DNA of 46,167 bases from Octopus bimaculoides (GCF_001194135.2 NC_069006.1:5852536-5898702), one strand, 5' to 3'. Shown: positions 24,501 through 36,870, counted from the first letter of the stretch. The notes: a model not told the origin generated them from the letters alone. Numbers and translations: made by a program.

Positions 24501-25929
24501 AGTAGAGTATCATCCTGAAATATTGTTGAATGATGAGAATGAGTGCTTATCACTGCATTGGTGGATAGAATTTCTTTTATGTATTAAAGCTACCATTGGT
24601 TTGTATCCAAAATGGAGATGAACACCATTCCTCCATGTGATTGGCTTGACATATTAGGACATTAAGATATTTTTCTTCGTGAAACCAATGGTAACCTTAA
24701 TGCACACACACACACTGACGTACCTGGAATTCCCAGAAAAGTGGGGCTTACCCCTGGTCTCATTCTCATAATTGTTTTGCTCATCCAATTGCAACAATAC
24801 AAAGTATGTAACCCTTAAAACGGTTTTTGAATATTTACGGAGAATACCGAACCGGCTTACATAGGGATCTTGTTTTTAGGAAATCCCAATAAGTTATGAA
24901 TACCAAAATCCTGAAGTCAGTTACGTAATAACATGCAAATTAGTTACCCGATAGTACCAATACAAATAAAGTAGCCCCGAAAAGGGCTTTAATGCATTCC
25001 CAGAGTATACAGAACATAGAAGGAAATACGAATAAGGTATGTATACCAAATTCGTGAAGCATGTTACGTAATAACAGGCCAATTGGATATGAGATAATAG
25101 CAATTCAAAGTAACTCTGAAAAGTTCTTCATACAGCACCTGTTAATTGGCTGAAGTGACATGAAAGGAGGCATCGTCATTCATGGTATATTTGTGAATAA
25201 GTCACTAACCGAAATAAGTGGATCTATTGTTGAGGAAAATACTATTTACTTGTTTAAGGGTTGTTCTGGGTAAAGTACAAAAGTAACCCTAACAGTTCAA
25301 AAACTAAGAAATAAACATACTCAATTTGATTTATACCAAATAAAATGTAATATTTGGAAAAATTTTTGTACAGTTGCCTTGGAAACAGTATGTTAATGGT
25401 AAAATTTGCAATTAAGGTCTGGCGTTAATGTCTCCATAACCCATGGGGAGATATTACTCAAATTTGTTTTAAATGAAAAATCTTAGGTAGGTCTATGAAA
25501 TATTATTAAAATTTATATATTGACATAGGACAGGGGTTAGATTGGAAGTATCACTGACCTTGTCTGACAACTTCTTGTCAGAAAGTCCACTAGAACACAT
25601 GTATTTATACAATGTAACCATTGGCTACTGGTCACTCTAATGATACTGGAGGGAAAAATGACTAGTGGGCAAAAGAGAAAAATAAAAGGGTTATTTTCCC
25701 CTTGGCCATTAAAGGAAAATAGATGGGTTTTATCTGTATCCCTTCTAGGGGCCCGAGCTGCCCAATTATAGATTTTTATTAAACTGCAATGGGCCTAGTA
25801 ACAAACTAGATGTTGGTTTAACATGTATAAAAAGTTTCATGAAGATTCATTTAATGAGTGTAGATGGCAACTTGACACAAACAGACAGACAACCAAACAG
25901 ATTGCTGTTTATATATGTATAGATATATA

Positions 25930-26130
25930 TGAAGGTGTGTGGCCTAGTGGTTTGGCTGTTGCACTCATGATCGCCAGGTCACGGGTTCGATTGGGCAGCG
26001 TGTTGTGTTCTTGAGCAAAACATTTCATTTCATATTGCTCCAGTCCCCCTTCAGTCAGGAGGCAATGTTGGCTTGCTCGCCTAACCAGCGAGATGGCATC
26101 ATAACAATGCAAAAGTGCATTGTGGCCAAC
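25930..26130 (+). mobile_element. tRNA-derived SINE family D (V/CORE-like central domain), degenerate
   Basis: TGGCCTAGTGG...GGTTCGATT...GTGTTCTTGAGCAAAACA..TTGCTCCAGT; related to 42135-42475 and ~41096-41250. Confidence 0.7.
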
Positions 26131-26501
26131 ACTGTATAACACCTGACAGCTTGATCAGTCATGTGATCATGCGACATCATATACACAAAGGGCTTTCAGT
26201 TTCTGTGTTCCGCATCCATTCACAAGGCTTTGGTTGGCATCAGGCTATAGAAGAAGACACTTGATCAAGGTGCCACGCAGTGAGACTGAACCCAAAATCA
26301 TATAGTTTGGGAAGCAACTTCTTAGCACACACAACTACACCAGCCTGTGTCACCTTTTGAATTGCCTACCTGCTGTAACCTCTCATGTTGTCTCACTATT
26401 TGATTCTTATTTTCCTTGTTCCATTTGTGCTTTTTTTATCTACCTGGTATTTCATTTGTTGTTTGAATATTAATTTTGGCCCTTCTGTGATTTCTTTACA
26501 G

Positions 26502-26614
26502 TTGGTCCCCGCAGAGAGTAGTGATAACCAGTCCCAGTGTACAGATTCTCAAGCAGGAGATATACCCCCCGAACGATTAGGGGGCATCGGGGACAGCCGA
26601 CCACCTTCATTTCA
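26502..26614 (+). CDS. dsh/DVL: Internal coding exon of Dishevelled (segment immediately C-terminal to the DIX domain; equivalent to DVL exon 3)
   Basis: 113-nt exon with acceptor gtgatttctttacAG (AG 26500-26501) and donor TTTCA|GTAAGT (GT 26615-26616). It translates LVPAESSDNQSQCTDSQAGDIPPERLGGIGDSRPPSF+CA, matching the Dishevelled motif (W)LV.AE...ERTGGIGDSRPPSFH. Phase 0 start and phase 2 end agree with the vertebrate DVL exon as I recall it. Confidence 0.95.
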
Positions 26615-26666
26615 GTAAGTACATCAGTTTCCTCTTTACTTTTGAATGTTCATTCAATTCTCTGTT

Positions 26667-26712
<46 letters not shown>

Positions 26713-26769
26713 TTATACAAACACATCTCTCTTTATGTATCCATGTGTCTATAAACACATGTACACACA

Positions 26770-26880
26770 CAGGGGCAGACGGAGCCATCAGTCAATTGGG
26801 CACTGCCCGAGGGCCCGCACTCTACATGTTAACTCTACTAAAGCACACTGAGGGCCCATAATACTCTTAGTGTGCCCCTG
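26770..26880. mobile_element. hAT-like MITE (111 bp)
   Basis: TIRs CAGGGGCA / TGCCCCTG, internal GGGCCC motifs, and 8-bp flanks tacacaca / ttcagaca (6 of 8 match, a possible decayed TSD). Confidence 0.6.
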
Positions 26881-27239
26881 TTCAGACATATGTATGCACC
26901 TATCTTTCTCTATGTAACCATCTATCTATATGCATACATACATACATACCTACCTTCCTCTATATATTCCCCTATCCACACACATGCTCACATGCCACCC
27001 TGTACCCCAGATTTGTTTATTATTCTCGAGTTGATTTCAGTCATTGGATGAGGGCCACGCTAGGACACTGCTTTCCAGGGTTTTACCATATCATATTGGA
27101 CCCCCACCTCCAAGCATATATTTCAGTCTGGTTACTTACTTTGTTGACCCATTTTTAATTTATAGGATGTAAGGAGACCCCTGTAGCATAAACTACTTTG
27201 GTTCTTAGATCATTTCATTTCATATTCTGGCCAAGTCTG

Positions 27240-27520
27240 AACCAGAGACCTAAGGCATGTATATATTGGATGGAGAGAAACTTCTTGAGAATGTGGGCTG
27301 TTGATGTCAACACAATTTCTTGAGTCTCAAAGATTGTTGGTTTCCCAGGAATCTGGTCAAAACATTTGTCACTACTTTTCTTGATCATTCCCAGGGCACC
27401 TACAACAACAGGGATGGTTTTGGTTTTTAATTGCCATGACCTAGATATCTCAGTCTGAAGGTCTTTATGTTTCAACAGTGTGTCAAATTCCTTTGCTGAG
27501 ATTATTATTATTATCTCTAT
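27240..27520 (-). mobile_element. R4/Dong-clade non-LTR retrotransposon 3' fragment (restriction-like endonuclease)
   Basis: KHKDLQTEISRSWQLKTKTIPVVVGALGMIKK...QIPG.P....Q.IVLTSTAHIL is the typical RLE C-terminus. Confidence 0.85.
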
Positions 27521-27733
27521 TGTTTTGTTGTCATTATTATTATTATATTTTGAACTATTGCTTTGTATTTGTACACGTTGACTCCAAGTCTCACCCGCAG
27601 ATCTCAAGAGAGAAGTTAAAAGTTCAAGTTGGTGTTATGACTAGGGTGTCATATATTTGGTTCTGCACAAAGTATTGTTCGAGAGAATGTCTAAGAAAAC
27701 TAAGAAAATTATAAGTTTGTTTTAAAATTGGGA

Positions 27734-28186
27734 TTACATAGACAATATTTTATGTAGGATATGGGCAGTTCCCATGAGCACTATTTTTTGAATTTCTGCT
27801 ATTTTTGGATTTCCTGGTATCTGAGCTAGGTAGCAATCAACCCCTTTTGCTATCATTCTTAGGGCACCTATGACAACATGTATTGTTTTCCACATTTTGT
27901 CAATTTCTATTTCAAGATCCTTATTTTTGCTCAATTTTTTGGTGGGTCATGAAAGATACATTTATGTCGATTGGGACAGTCATATCGATGAGGAGGCATG
28001 ATTTTTGTCTGAAGTCCTTCAATATAACGTCTGGCCTATTTGCACCTATCTTTCTGTCAGTTTGAACGGTGAAGTTCCTGAGCAGTGAGATGTGATCATT
28101 TTGAAGCACTGGAAGTGGTTTGTCTTCTCACCAGTTTTTATCATGGCAGTGGGTCAGCAGAATCATTAGCAAGCTGGACCAAAATG
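27734..28186 (-). mobile_element. Second R4/Dong-clade RLE fragment (frameshifted)
   Basis: KNW*EDKPLPVLQNDHISLL.NFTVQTDRKIGANRPDVILKD....CLLIDMTVP.D.N...K..DLEIEIDKMW...VVIGAL...TAHIL contains the PD-(D/E)xK RLE motif RPD..D. Confidence 0.9.
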
Positions 28187-28671
28187 NNNNNNNNNNNNNN
28201 NNNNNNNNNNNNNNNNNNNNNNNNNNNNNNNNNNNNNNNNNNNNNNNNNNNNNNNNNNNNNNNNNNNNNNNNNNNNNNNNNNNNNNNNNNNNNNNNNNNN
28301 NNNNNNNNNNNNNNNNNNNNNNNNNNNNNNNNNNNNNNNNNNNNNNNNNNNNNNNNNNNNNNNNNNNNNNNNNNNNNNNNNNNNNNNNNNNNNNNNNNNN
28401 NNNNNNNNNNNNNNNNNNNNNNNNNNNNNNNNNNAATTAATTTCTAAGAATGTGAAAATAACAAGAAAAACATTAAAAAAAAAACAAATGCAACAGCGCC
28501 ATCGTCGCCACTCGGAATCGTTCAGATTTTGTAAAACACCATGATGTTTATATTGGCCTGCTTCAAGAGTTGATACGGTTTAGCTTTAAAGGGTTTCAAA
28601 TTACAATTTAATTTAAAATACATTAATGCCAAATTTCCTTTCTTCTTTTTTCATTAAATAATGATAGCAGC

Positions 28672-28702
<31 letters not shown>

Positions 28703-28711
28703 TTAATAATA

Positions 28712-28927
28712 ATCCTTTCTACTATAAGCACAAGACGTGAAATTTTTGGTGGGTGGACTAGTTGATTACATCAACCCCAGTGCTTCACTGGTCCTTAATT
28801 TATTGACCCCCCAAAAGGATGAAAGGCAACGTCAACCCCAGCAAGATTTGAGCTCAGAACATAAAGATGGATGAAATGCCACTAAGCATTTTACCCGGCA
28901 TGCTAATTATTCTGCCAGCTTGCCATC

Positions 28928-28959
<32 letters not shown>

Positions 28960-29115
28960 CCTTTCTACTATAGGCACAAGGCCTGAAATTTTGGAGGGAA
29001 GGGGCTAGTTGATTGCATTGACCCCAGTATTTCACCGGTATGTGTTTCATTGATTGTGAAAGGTAAAGCTAACTTAGCATTTTGTCCAGTTTGCTAACGA
29101 GTCTGCCATCTTACC
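28712..29115 (-). mobile_element. Two tandem SINE family B copies
   Basis: Both begin CCTTTCTACTATA.GCACAAG and are reverse complements of family B, separated by (TAA)n. Confidence 0.75.
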
Positions 29116-29506
29116 TCCTTAATAATAATAATAACAATGACAATAAGAATAATAATTATGATGACGACGACAATGATGGTTTCTTATATTCACTGTAGGN
29201 NNNNNNNNNNNNNNNNNNNNNNNNNNNNNNNNNNNNNNNNNNNNNNNNNNNNNNNNNNNNNNNNNNNNNNNNNNNNNNNNNNNNNNNNNNNNNNNNNNNN
29301 NNNNNNNNNNNNNNNNNNNNNNNNNNNNNNNNNNNNNNNNNNNNNNNNNNNNNNNNNNNNNNNNNNNNNNNNNNNNNNNNNNNNNNNNNNNNNNNNNNNN
29401 NNNNNNNNNNNNNNNNNNNNNNNNNNNNNNNNNNNNNNNNNNNNNNNNNNNNNNNNNNNNNNNNNNNNNNNNNNNNNNNNNNNNNNNNNNNNNNNNNNNN
29501 NNNNNN

Positions 29507-29547
<41 letters not shown>

Positions 29548-30154
29548 TATATACGACGGGCTTCTTTCAGTTTCCGTCTACCAAATCCACTCACAAGGCT
29601 TTGGTCGGCCCATGGCTATAGTAGAAGACACTTGCCCAAGGTGCCACGCAGTGGGACTGAACCCAGAACCAGAACCATAATAATAATAATAATAATAATG
29701 ATAATATGCATCAAGTTTTCAATTCTAGTTATATATGTTATAAGAATATTAATTGTACTGTATGGCATAAGCTATGTATATCCCAGTTTCCCTAGTTTTC
29801 CATTTAGCAAAAGGCGTATATTTACATTTCAAAATTAGCATCTAGATTATAATCTGGCCGAGGTGGTGGTGGTGGTGTCGTAGAACTAGCTCAAACAGTT
29901 AATTAATTTGTCGTTAACCTAGGATTATTCAAACATTTATTCTCAAGTATGTAATATAGTAATAATGATAATAATAATAATAATAATACTTTGTCAGGAG
30001 TAATTTATTTGACTTTGTCAACTTTTCATTAGTCACCAGTTGCCAATGTACTTGGGCCGTAGTTGTCATTAATTCCGTTAGCTTCTACCGTTTCACTGTG
30101 TAACAGAAGAATGTAGACATTAGATACATAAGCAGAGAGGGTAGACCTACAGAG

Positions 30155-30171
30155 AGTGCCACCTAGTGGCG
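30155..30171. promoter_or_regulatory. Putative CTCF-binding site
   Basis: AGTGCCACCTAGTGGCG closely matches the bilaterian CTCF core (GYGCCMCCTAGTGG / CCACYAGRKGGC), in non-repeat sequence. Confidence 0.5.
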
Positions 30172-30429
30172 TATTTGATTTTGTCTGTCTTTGTTGCCAT
30201 TTGTATTTATATTGGCTGTTTGATTGACGTCTCTTGGAATATTTTCCCTCTGCCACATTCTGGCATTTAGGGAGGAAAAGAAAGACAAAGCTGTATGGTT
30301 GCAGTCACAGGGTTTTAGGTTCAATCCCACTGCATAATGCCTTGGGCAAATGTCGTCTATAGCTTCAAGCCAACCAAGCCTTGTGAATGAACTTGCTTGA
30401 TAGAAACTGTGTGGAAGCTTGTTGAATAT

Positions 30430-30830
30430 ATATCATCGTCATCATTTAGCATTCATTTTCCATGCTGGCATGGGTTAGATGGTTTGACTGGAACTGGTAA
30501 GCCTGAGAGTTGCACCAGGCTCCAATCTGTTTTGGCTTGGTTTCTACGGCTGGATGCCCTTCCTAATGCCAATCACTTCATAGAGTGTACTGGGTGTCTT
30601 TTATGTGTCACCAACATGTGTGACTTATATGTGTCACGAGCACAGGTGAACTCTACATGTCACCAGCCTTTTACACATCACCAACACGGCTGTCTTTTAC
30701 AGCACGAGTGCCTTCCATGTGTCACTGGCACGAGTGCCTTTTATGTGTCACCAGTACAAATGCCTTTCACATTTCATCCGCTGGCCATGACTACGATTTC
30801 ATTTAGCTTGGTGTGTCTTCTCAAGCATGG
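30430..30830 (-). mobile_element. RTE 3'-tail element with degenerate internal repeats
   Basis: CATCATCATTTAGCATTC..TTCCATGCTGGCATGG..GGCTGGATGCCCTTCCTAATGCC followed by TTTTATGTGTCACC repeats. Confidence 0.8.
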
Positions 30831-31163
30831 CAAATCACCGTGTGTGTGTCTGTGCGTGTTTGTCATCATCACCCTCCACTGCTTGACATGTCTAACTTCC
30901 AATGTAAAAAGAAAAGGGGGAAACATCCCTTAGGGAAGTAGTAAGCAAAGAACTATTATTTTACTGAATGTTCAGAACCCCAAAAAGGAAAACAAATGTG
31001 GACAAGAAGAAATCATACAGCTCCACTGAGTATTCTTAAAAGATCCCCAAACAATAAAACAGGGGATATGGGATGACAAGGACATCTTGCTCCAGTTGTA
31101 GAAAGGACCATTGAAGAAGAAAACCAAGGGAATGATCTTGGTGGCAGCAGAAGAGTTTCTAGA

Positions 31164-31397
31164 AAGGCAGCGAGCTGGCAGAACCGTTAGCACGCCGGGC
31201 AAAATGCTTAGTGGTATTTCGTCTGCCGCTACGTTCTGAGTTCAAATTCCGCCGAGGTCGACTTTGCTTTTGCTTTCATCCTTTTGGGGCCGATAAATTA
31301 AGTACCAGTTATGCACTGGGGTCGATGTAATCGACTTAATACCTTTGTTTGTCCCCTCTATGCTTAGCCCCTTGTGGGCAATAAAGAAATAAGAAGA
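31164..31397 (+). mobile_element. tRNA-derived SINE family B, near full length
   Basis: GGCAGCGAGCTGGCAGAACCGTTAGC ... GAGTTCAAATTCCGCCGAGGTCGACTTTGC..TCATCC..GATAAATTAAGTACCAG ... A-rich tail. Confidence 0.85.
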
Positions 31398-33359
31398 GTT
31401 ACTAGAGATAAATTGGATCAAAAGAACAGATCAACAAAGACTGCTTACCCAAATGCAGAATGGGTGAGGATTCAGATGAGACTACAAATCACATAGCATC
31501 AGAATGGCCACAGTTATAAAGAATACTTAGCGGTTCGGCAAAAGAGACTGATAGAATAAGAACTAGGCTTACAAAGAATAAGTTCTGCGGTCGATTTGCT
31601 CGACTAAAGGCGGTGCTCCAGCATGGCCGCAGTCAAATGACTGAAACAAGTAAAAGAGTAAAGAGAGTATATGTGTATACCCTTCTCTAGACATCATTTG
31701 ATGGTTATAAATGAGCATCATCATCATTGTCATCATCATCATTGTCATCATCATCATCATACAAGCAAGGTTGTTCATTTCTAGTCTTTTGTGGAAAACA
31801 TAATCTAGCTATTGGAAAATATTACCTTGTTTGGAAACAGGTGAGGGTTAGTGACAGCAGAGGCATCTGACTGTCGAAAATCTGCCTCAGCAAATTCCTT
31901 CAGACCTATGTGAGCATGGAAAAGTGCACATTAGATGATGCTGTTGATGATGATGATGATGATGGGGATGATCTATATCTTCCCTCCCGCTATTATTTTT
32001 CCATTTTTCATGAACTGTTAATCTTTATTGTTCATTTATGTTTCTTGTTTCTTGTTGAAATAAATATAAAATAGAAAGTAATTATTGCAGAGATTTTTTT
32101 TAATTATTTTTCTTATGGATGACTATTGGATTAATGAGTTCATCAGATTCTCGTTAACTCTCTGTCACTGCAGTGTAGATTTAAACAACTCTGCTAACCT
32201 ATATTCTTGAGGCCTGCTTATGCTGCTGCTGGATGTTAACTGCAAAACTAGTAGAATTATTTTTAAGAATGGAAACGTATATCCATTAATGGTATGTTTA
32301 AAAAGTCAACGAGTGGAAAATAGTGAGGGGAGTGAGAAAAGAAATAAAAAGGTGAGAAAGAGGAAGAAACAAAAGCAATTAACCTTTTGTTGCGCTCTCC
32401 CTCACCTCAATTCTTCCCTGTAAAAGCACCGGCAATTGTTATTGTTAATCTGCATTTAGAAAAGAATTATGTCAGAAAATCTAAAAATAACTCGTCATGC
32501 TAATTTTAGATCCATTAAGTGTTTCCATTTCAATAGAGATCACAATGAGCTATTTGTGTAAGTGTGTAGCAACGATTTGACAGTAGGTAAATCGGTGCAC
32601 TTTCTTGGTATCTTTTATATCCTGGTGTTGGATAAATAATTTAATGAAGCAGTGGAGAAGAAAGTATTCACATGTTGCACTATTATTACCGTTACACAAG
32701 GTTAAATTGCTCTCTGCCAACGGCTCACAGTGAACTGCTTTCCCTCAATTGCTCACAATACTTTATTTTATGGCAATGTGTCAGTCCAGTTTTAGTTACT
32801 TGGGGGTGGTCAGAATCCTTCCACAACAGTATCACAATAGGCAAATCAGTACACTTTCTCTGATTTCACAATAGGTAAAAAGATGCTCTTTCTCAGTTAG
32901 CAATAAACACAGGCATGGCTTTGTGGTAAGAAATTTGCTTCCTAATCACATTGTTCCAGGTTCAGTCCCTCTGCATGGCACCTTGGGCAACTGACTTCTG
33001 CTATAGCCTTGGGGCTGACCAAAGCCATGCAAGTGAACTAGGTTGGTGTGTTTCCATCTCCATAACTTAGCAGTTTGGCAAAGGAAAATGATGGAATAAG
33101 TGCTAGGGCTTAAAAGAACAAATAAGTACTGAGGTTGGTTTGTTTGACTAAAATTCTTCAATGTGATGCTCCAGCATGGTCACAGTCTAATGACTGAAAG
33201 TAGGCAAAGGTAAAAGGTAAAGAGCTGAAAGAAATTTCTGCTAAGCATTGTATCTGACGTGCAATCATCAATCCAGCCGATTCACCATTTTACTTTCTGA
33301 TATCACAATGGCTAAAGTGGATATGCTTTCTGATTTAGCAATAGGTAAGCGAAATGGTG

Positions 33360-33710
33360 ATGGCACCTGTGCCCAGCGTCGCCTTCCTGGCACGTGTAAA
33401 GACATTCGAGCGAGATTGTTGCCAGTGCCGCTGGACTGGCTCCTGTGCAGGTGGCACATAAAATACAGCATTTTGAGCGTGGCCGTTGCCAGTACCACCT
33501 GACTGGCCGTCGTGCTGGTGGCACGTAAAAGTACCCACTACATTCTCAGAGTGGTTGGCATTAGGAAGGGCATCCAGCTGTAGAAACTCTGCCAGATCAG
33601 ACTGGAGCCTGGTGTAGCCATCTGGTTCACCAGTCCTCAGTCAAATCGTCCAACCCATGCTAGCATGGAAAGCGGACGTTAAATGATGATGATGATGATG
33701 ATGATGATGT
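33360..33710 (+). mobile_element. RTE 3'-tail element with ~67-bp internal repeats and (GAT)n
   Basis: Same tail as 1-157 and 12135-12500. Confidence 0.85.
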
Positions 33711-33821
33711 AAATGTATCTACTTCCTGATTTAGTAAAAGGAAGATAAGTATTCTGTCAGACTTAGCTAAGTCGGGTTAATCAGGAACATTTCCAACTTT
33801 TCTTTATATAGGAACATTGAA

Positions 33822-33932
33822 ATTTAGCTATGGGTACATCATAGATTTGGCTATAGGCACAGCACAGATTTATCTATATGCACGGGGGCAGCACTGATTT
33901 AGCTGTAGGCATAGCACAATTTAGCTACAGAA
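33822..33932. repeat. Degenerate ~23-bp minisatellite (ATTTAGCTATAGGCACAGCAC.G)
   Basis: About 4-5 imperfect units. Confidence 0.7.
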
Positions 33933-35016
33933 ACATTGCAAACATTGCAAATAGGAGCAAAGGTAAACTTCCAGATTTATCAGTTAGTGCACCCAAATTT
34001 GTTGTTACACTTTCAGATGTTTAAAAAAAAAAAAAACCTCTTTATTTGTTTTAGGATTACATTTAGCAGATTACCTTATTTATTTACTGGCAGGCGAGAG
34101 AGAGAGAGATAAATAAATAAAAATACAAGAACAAAATTCAAGAAGTTATTTTAGGAACTGGATAGATTACTGCCCAGAAAGCCATATGTTGGATAGAACT
34201 AAGATNNNNNNNNNNNNNNNNNNNNNNNNNNNNNNNNNNNNNNNNNNNNNNNNNNNNNNNNNNNNNNNNNNNNNNNNNNNNNNNNNNNNNNNNNNNNNNN
34301 NNNNNNNNNNNNNNNNNNNNNNNNNNNNNNNNNNNNNNNNNNNNNNNNNNNNNNNNNNNNNNNNNNNNNNNNNNNNNNNNNNNNNNNNNNNNNNNNNNNN
34401 NNNNNNNNNNNNNNNNNNNNNNNNNNNNNNNNNNNNNNNNNNNNNNNNNNNNNNNNNNNNNNNNNNNNNNNNNNNNNNNNNNNNNNNNNNNNNNNNNNNN
34501 NNNNNNNNNNNNNNNNNNNNNNNNNNNNNNNNNNNNNNNNNNNNNNNNNNNNNNNNNNNNNNNNNNNNNNNNNNNNNNNNNNNNNNNNNNNNNNNNNNNN
34601 NNNNNNNNNNNNNNNNNNNNNNNNNNNNNNNNNNNNNNNNNNNNNNNNNNNNNNNNNNNNNNNNNNNNNNNNNNNNNNNNNNNNNNNNNNNNNNNNNNNN
34701 NNNNNNNNNNNNNNAAAGCTCTGGTTGGCCTGGGTTTATATCAAAAGACATTTTTCCAGTGTACAATGCAGTGGGACTGAACTTGAAACCATGTGGTTGG
34801 GAAGCAAACTTCTTAACTACACAGCCACACCTGGGTAAAAAAAAAAAAACCTGTCTGAATATAGGTGTGTTTTTAATATATGTTTGTATGCTTTTCCTTA
34901 TTTACATCACACAAGCACACACATACATGTGCACACGCTCATATATACCTTACATGCATCCATATTACTGACCCAGAACAAAATAGAATTACACGTAATA
35001 TGTATGCATGCCTACA

Positions 35017-35047
<31 letters not shown>

Positions 35048-35369
35048 CTATTCATATCTGTGTGTGTGTGTGTGTGTAAATTCATATATTCATCAGTGTC
35101 AACATGATTTTAACTGACAAAATGTCAGACTTTTAGCATCATTGCAAATATAACCATAATTTTTTTTTTTGTTGCCCTGGCACTAGCTCTAGTTTGAGGA
35201 GGTGGTGGTGACGGTGGGGTTCCTATACCAATTATTAGTGGATGTGATGGTGGTGGTGGTGTGGGTTAGAATTATGGTGCTACACCGTTGATGCCAGAAG
35301 GCACTTATGAAGATAACGCTGGTGGAGGGGTTACAGGGGTTTATGGCCTTGCAATCTCCTACACACAAC

Positions 35370-35474
35370 ACTATATGCACATACATACACACAGACTGTC
35401 ACACTCACATACTTTCTTGGTCTGTCTGTCTCTCTCTTTCAAACACACACACACACTTTCTGACACTCATATAC

Positions 35475-35523
<49 letters not shown>

Positions 35524-35775
35524 TCCTCTCATATTCATACATTCTCTCACCTACACATACAAAATCTCTCTCTCCATCTCATACGCACATATGGACTCTC
35601 TCTCTCTCTCACACACACACACTCGTACAAACACATACACATACATACAGACACTTCCTCTCTCTCTCTCTCATGCACACACACATGCTCTCTCTCTCTC
35701 ACACACACACACACATGCCTCTTTCTCTCTCCTCCTTTTCCTCCTCTTTTTCCTCCTCCTCCTTCTCCTCCTCTA
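35370..35775. repeat. CA/CT compound microsatellite
   Basis: Alternating (CA)n, (CT)n and (CCT)n tracts. Confidence 0.9.
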
Positions 35776-36439
35776 AGAAAGAGCCTTCTATCTCAGGAAG
35801 AGATCAGTGTCAAGGGCTGCTGAGTGTCCTGTTCCTGTGTGAAACTGGTCCCTTCTACAAATTGCTTTTCATTCTTTTTAGATAGCCACTGTTGTTCTTG
35901 TTGTTGTTTAGCCGCAGGTCAGCCCTGCTGAAGCAAACACCTCTGATGAAAGGCTTTCCAGTCATGACCCCCACCTTCCTGTCATACTTTTGATAAATAC
36001 AGGCACAGATGCTGCTATGTGGTAAGAAGTTTACTTGCCAACTACATGGTTCCGGGTTCAGTCTTACTGCAAGTAAGACACTCAGGCAAGTGTCTTCTAC
36101 TATATAGCCTTCGACTGACCAAAGCTTTTTCAATGGAAAGCAAAGTCAGCCTTTGTAGAATTTAAGTTCAGAACAGCCCTGAAACATAGCGAAAGTGTCT
36201 TCAGCTACAGACTCAAACCAACCAAAGCTGTGATTATATTTCATTGATAGAAACTGAAAGAATCCCATCATATGTGAGTGTGCGATTATGTTGTAAATGA
36301 GTGCCAAATTGGTGCTGTTTGCTACCAGTATTCTGCGAAAACATATCCAACACCAGGGAAATATTACCTTGCTTAGAAACGTGGGGGTTGGTGACAGGAA
36401 AGGCATGTCACCATGGGCAATAAACTGTGCTCGTGAAGA

Positions 36440-36870
36440 CCTGTTGAGGCAAGTGAAGTCGTTGTCATATCTGATGACAGCATCACCTGATTGGCACCAG
36501 TGCCAGTGGCATGTAAAATGCACCATTCGAGCATGGTTGATGCCAGTGCCACCTGACTAGTCCTGTACCGGTGGCACATAAAAAGCACCACTCGAGCATA
36601 ATCGTTGCCAGTGCCGCCTGACTGGCTCCCATGCCGGTGGCACATAAGAAAGCACCATTCAAGCATGGCCCTTGTGTCGGTGGCACATAAAAAGCATCCA
36701 CTACACTCTTGGAGGGAGTTGACGTTAGGAAGGGCATCCAGCTGTAGAAACATTGCTAGATTGGATTGGAGCCTGGTGCAGCTTTTTGGCTCACCAGTCC
36801 TCAGTCAAAACGTACAACCCATACCAGCATGGGAAGCAGATGTTAAACGGCAATGATGATAATGATGATG

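Noticed and set aside
32220-32423. Basic ORF (KRNKKVRKRKK) resembling the Dvl basic region
   Set aside because: Purine-rich low-complexity sequence with no flanking Dvl motifs (SSFSSITDS) or convincing splice sites.
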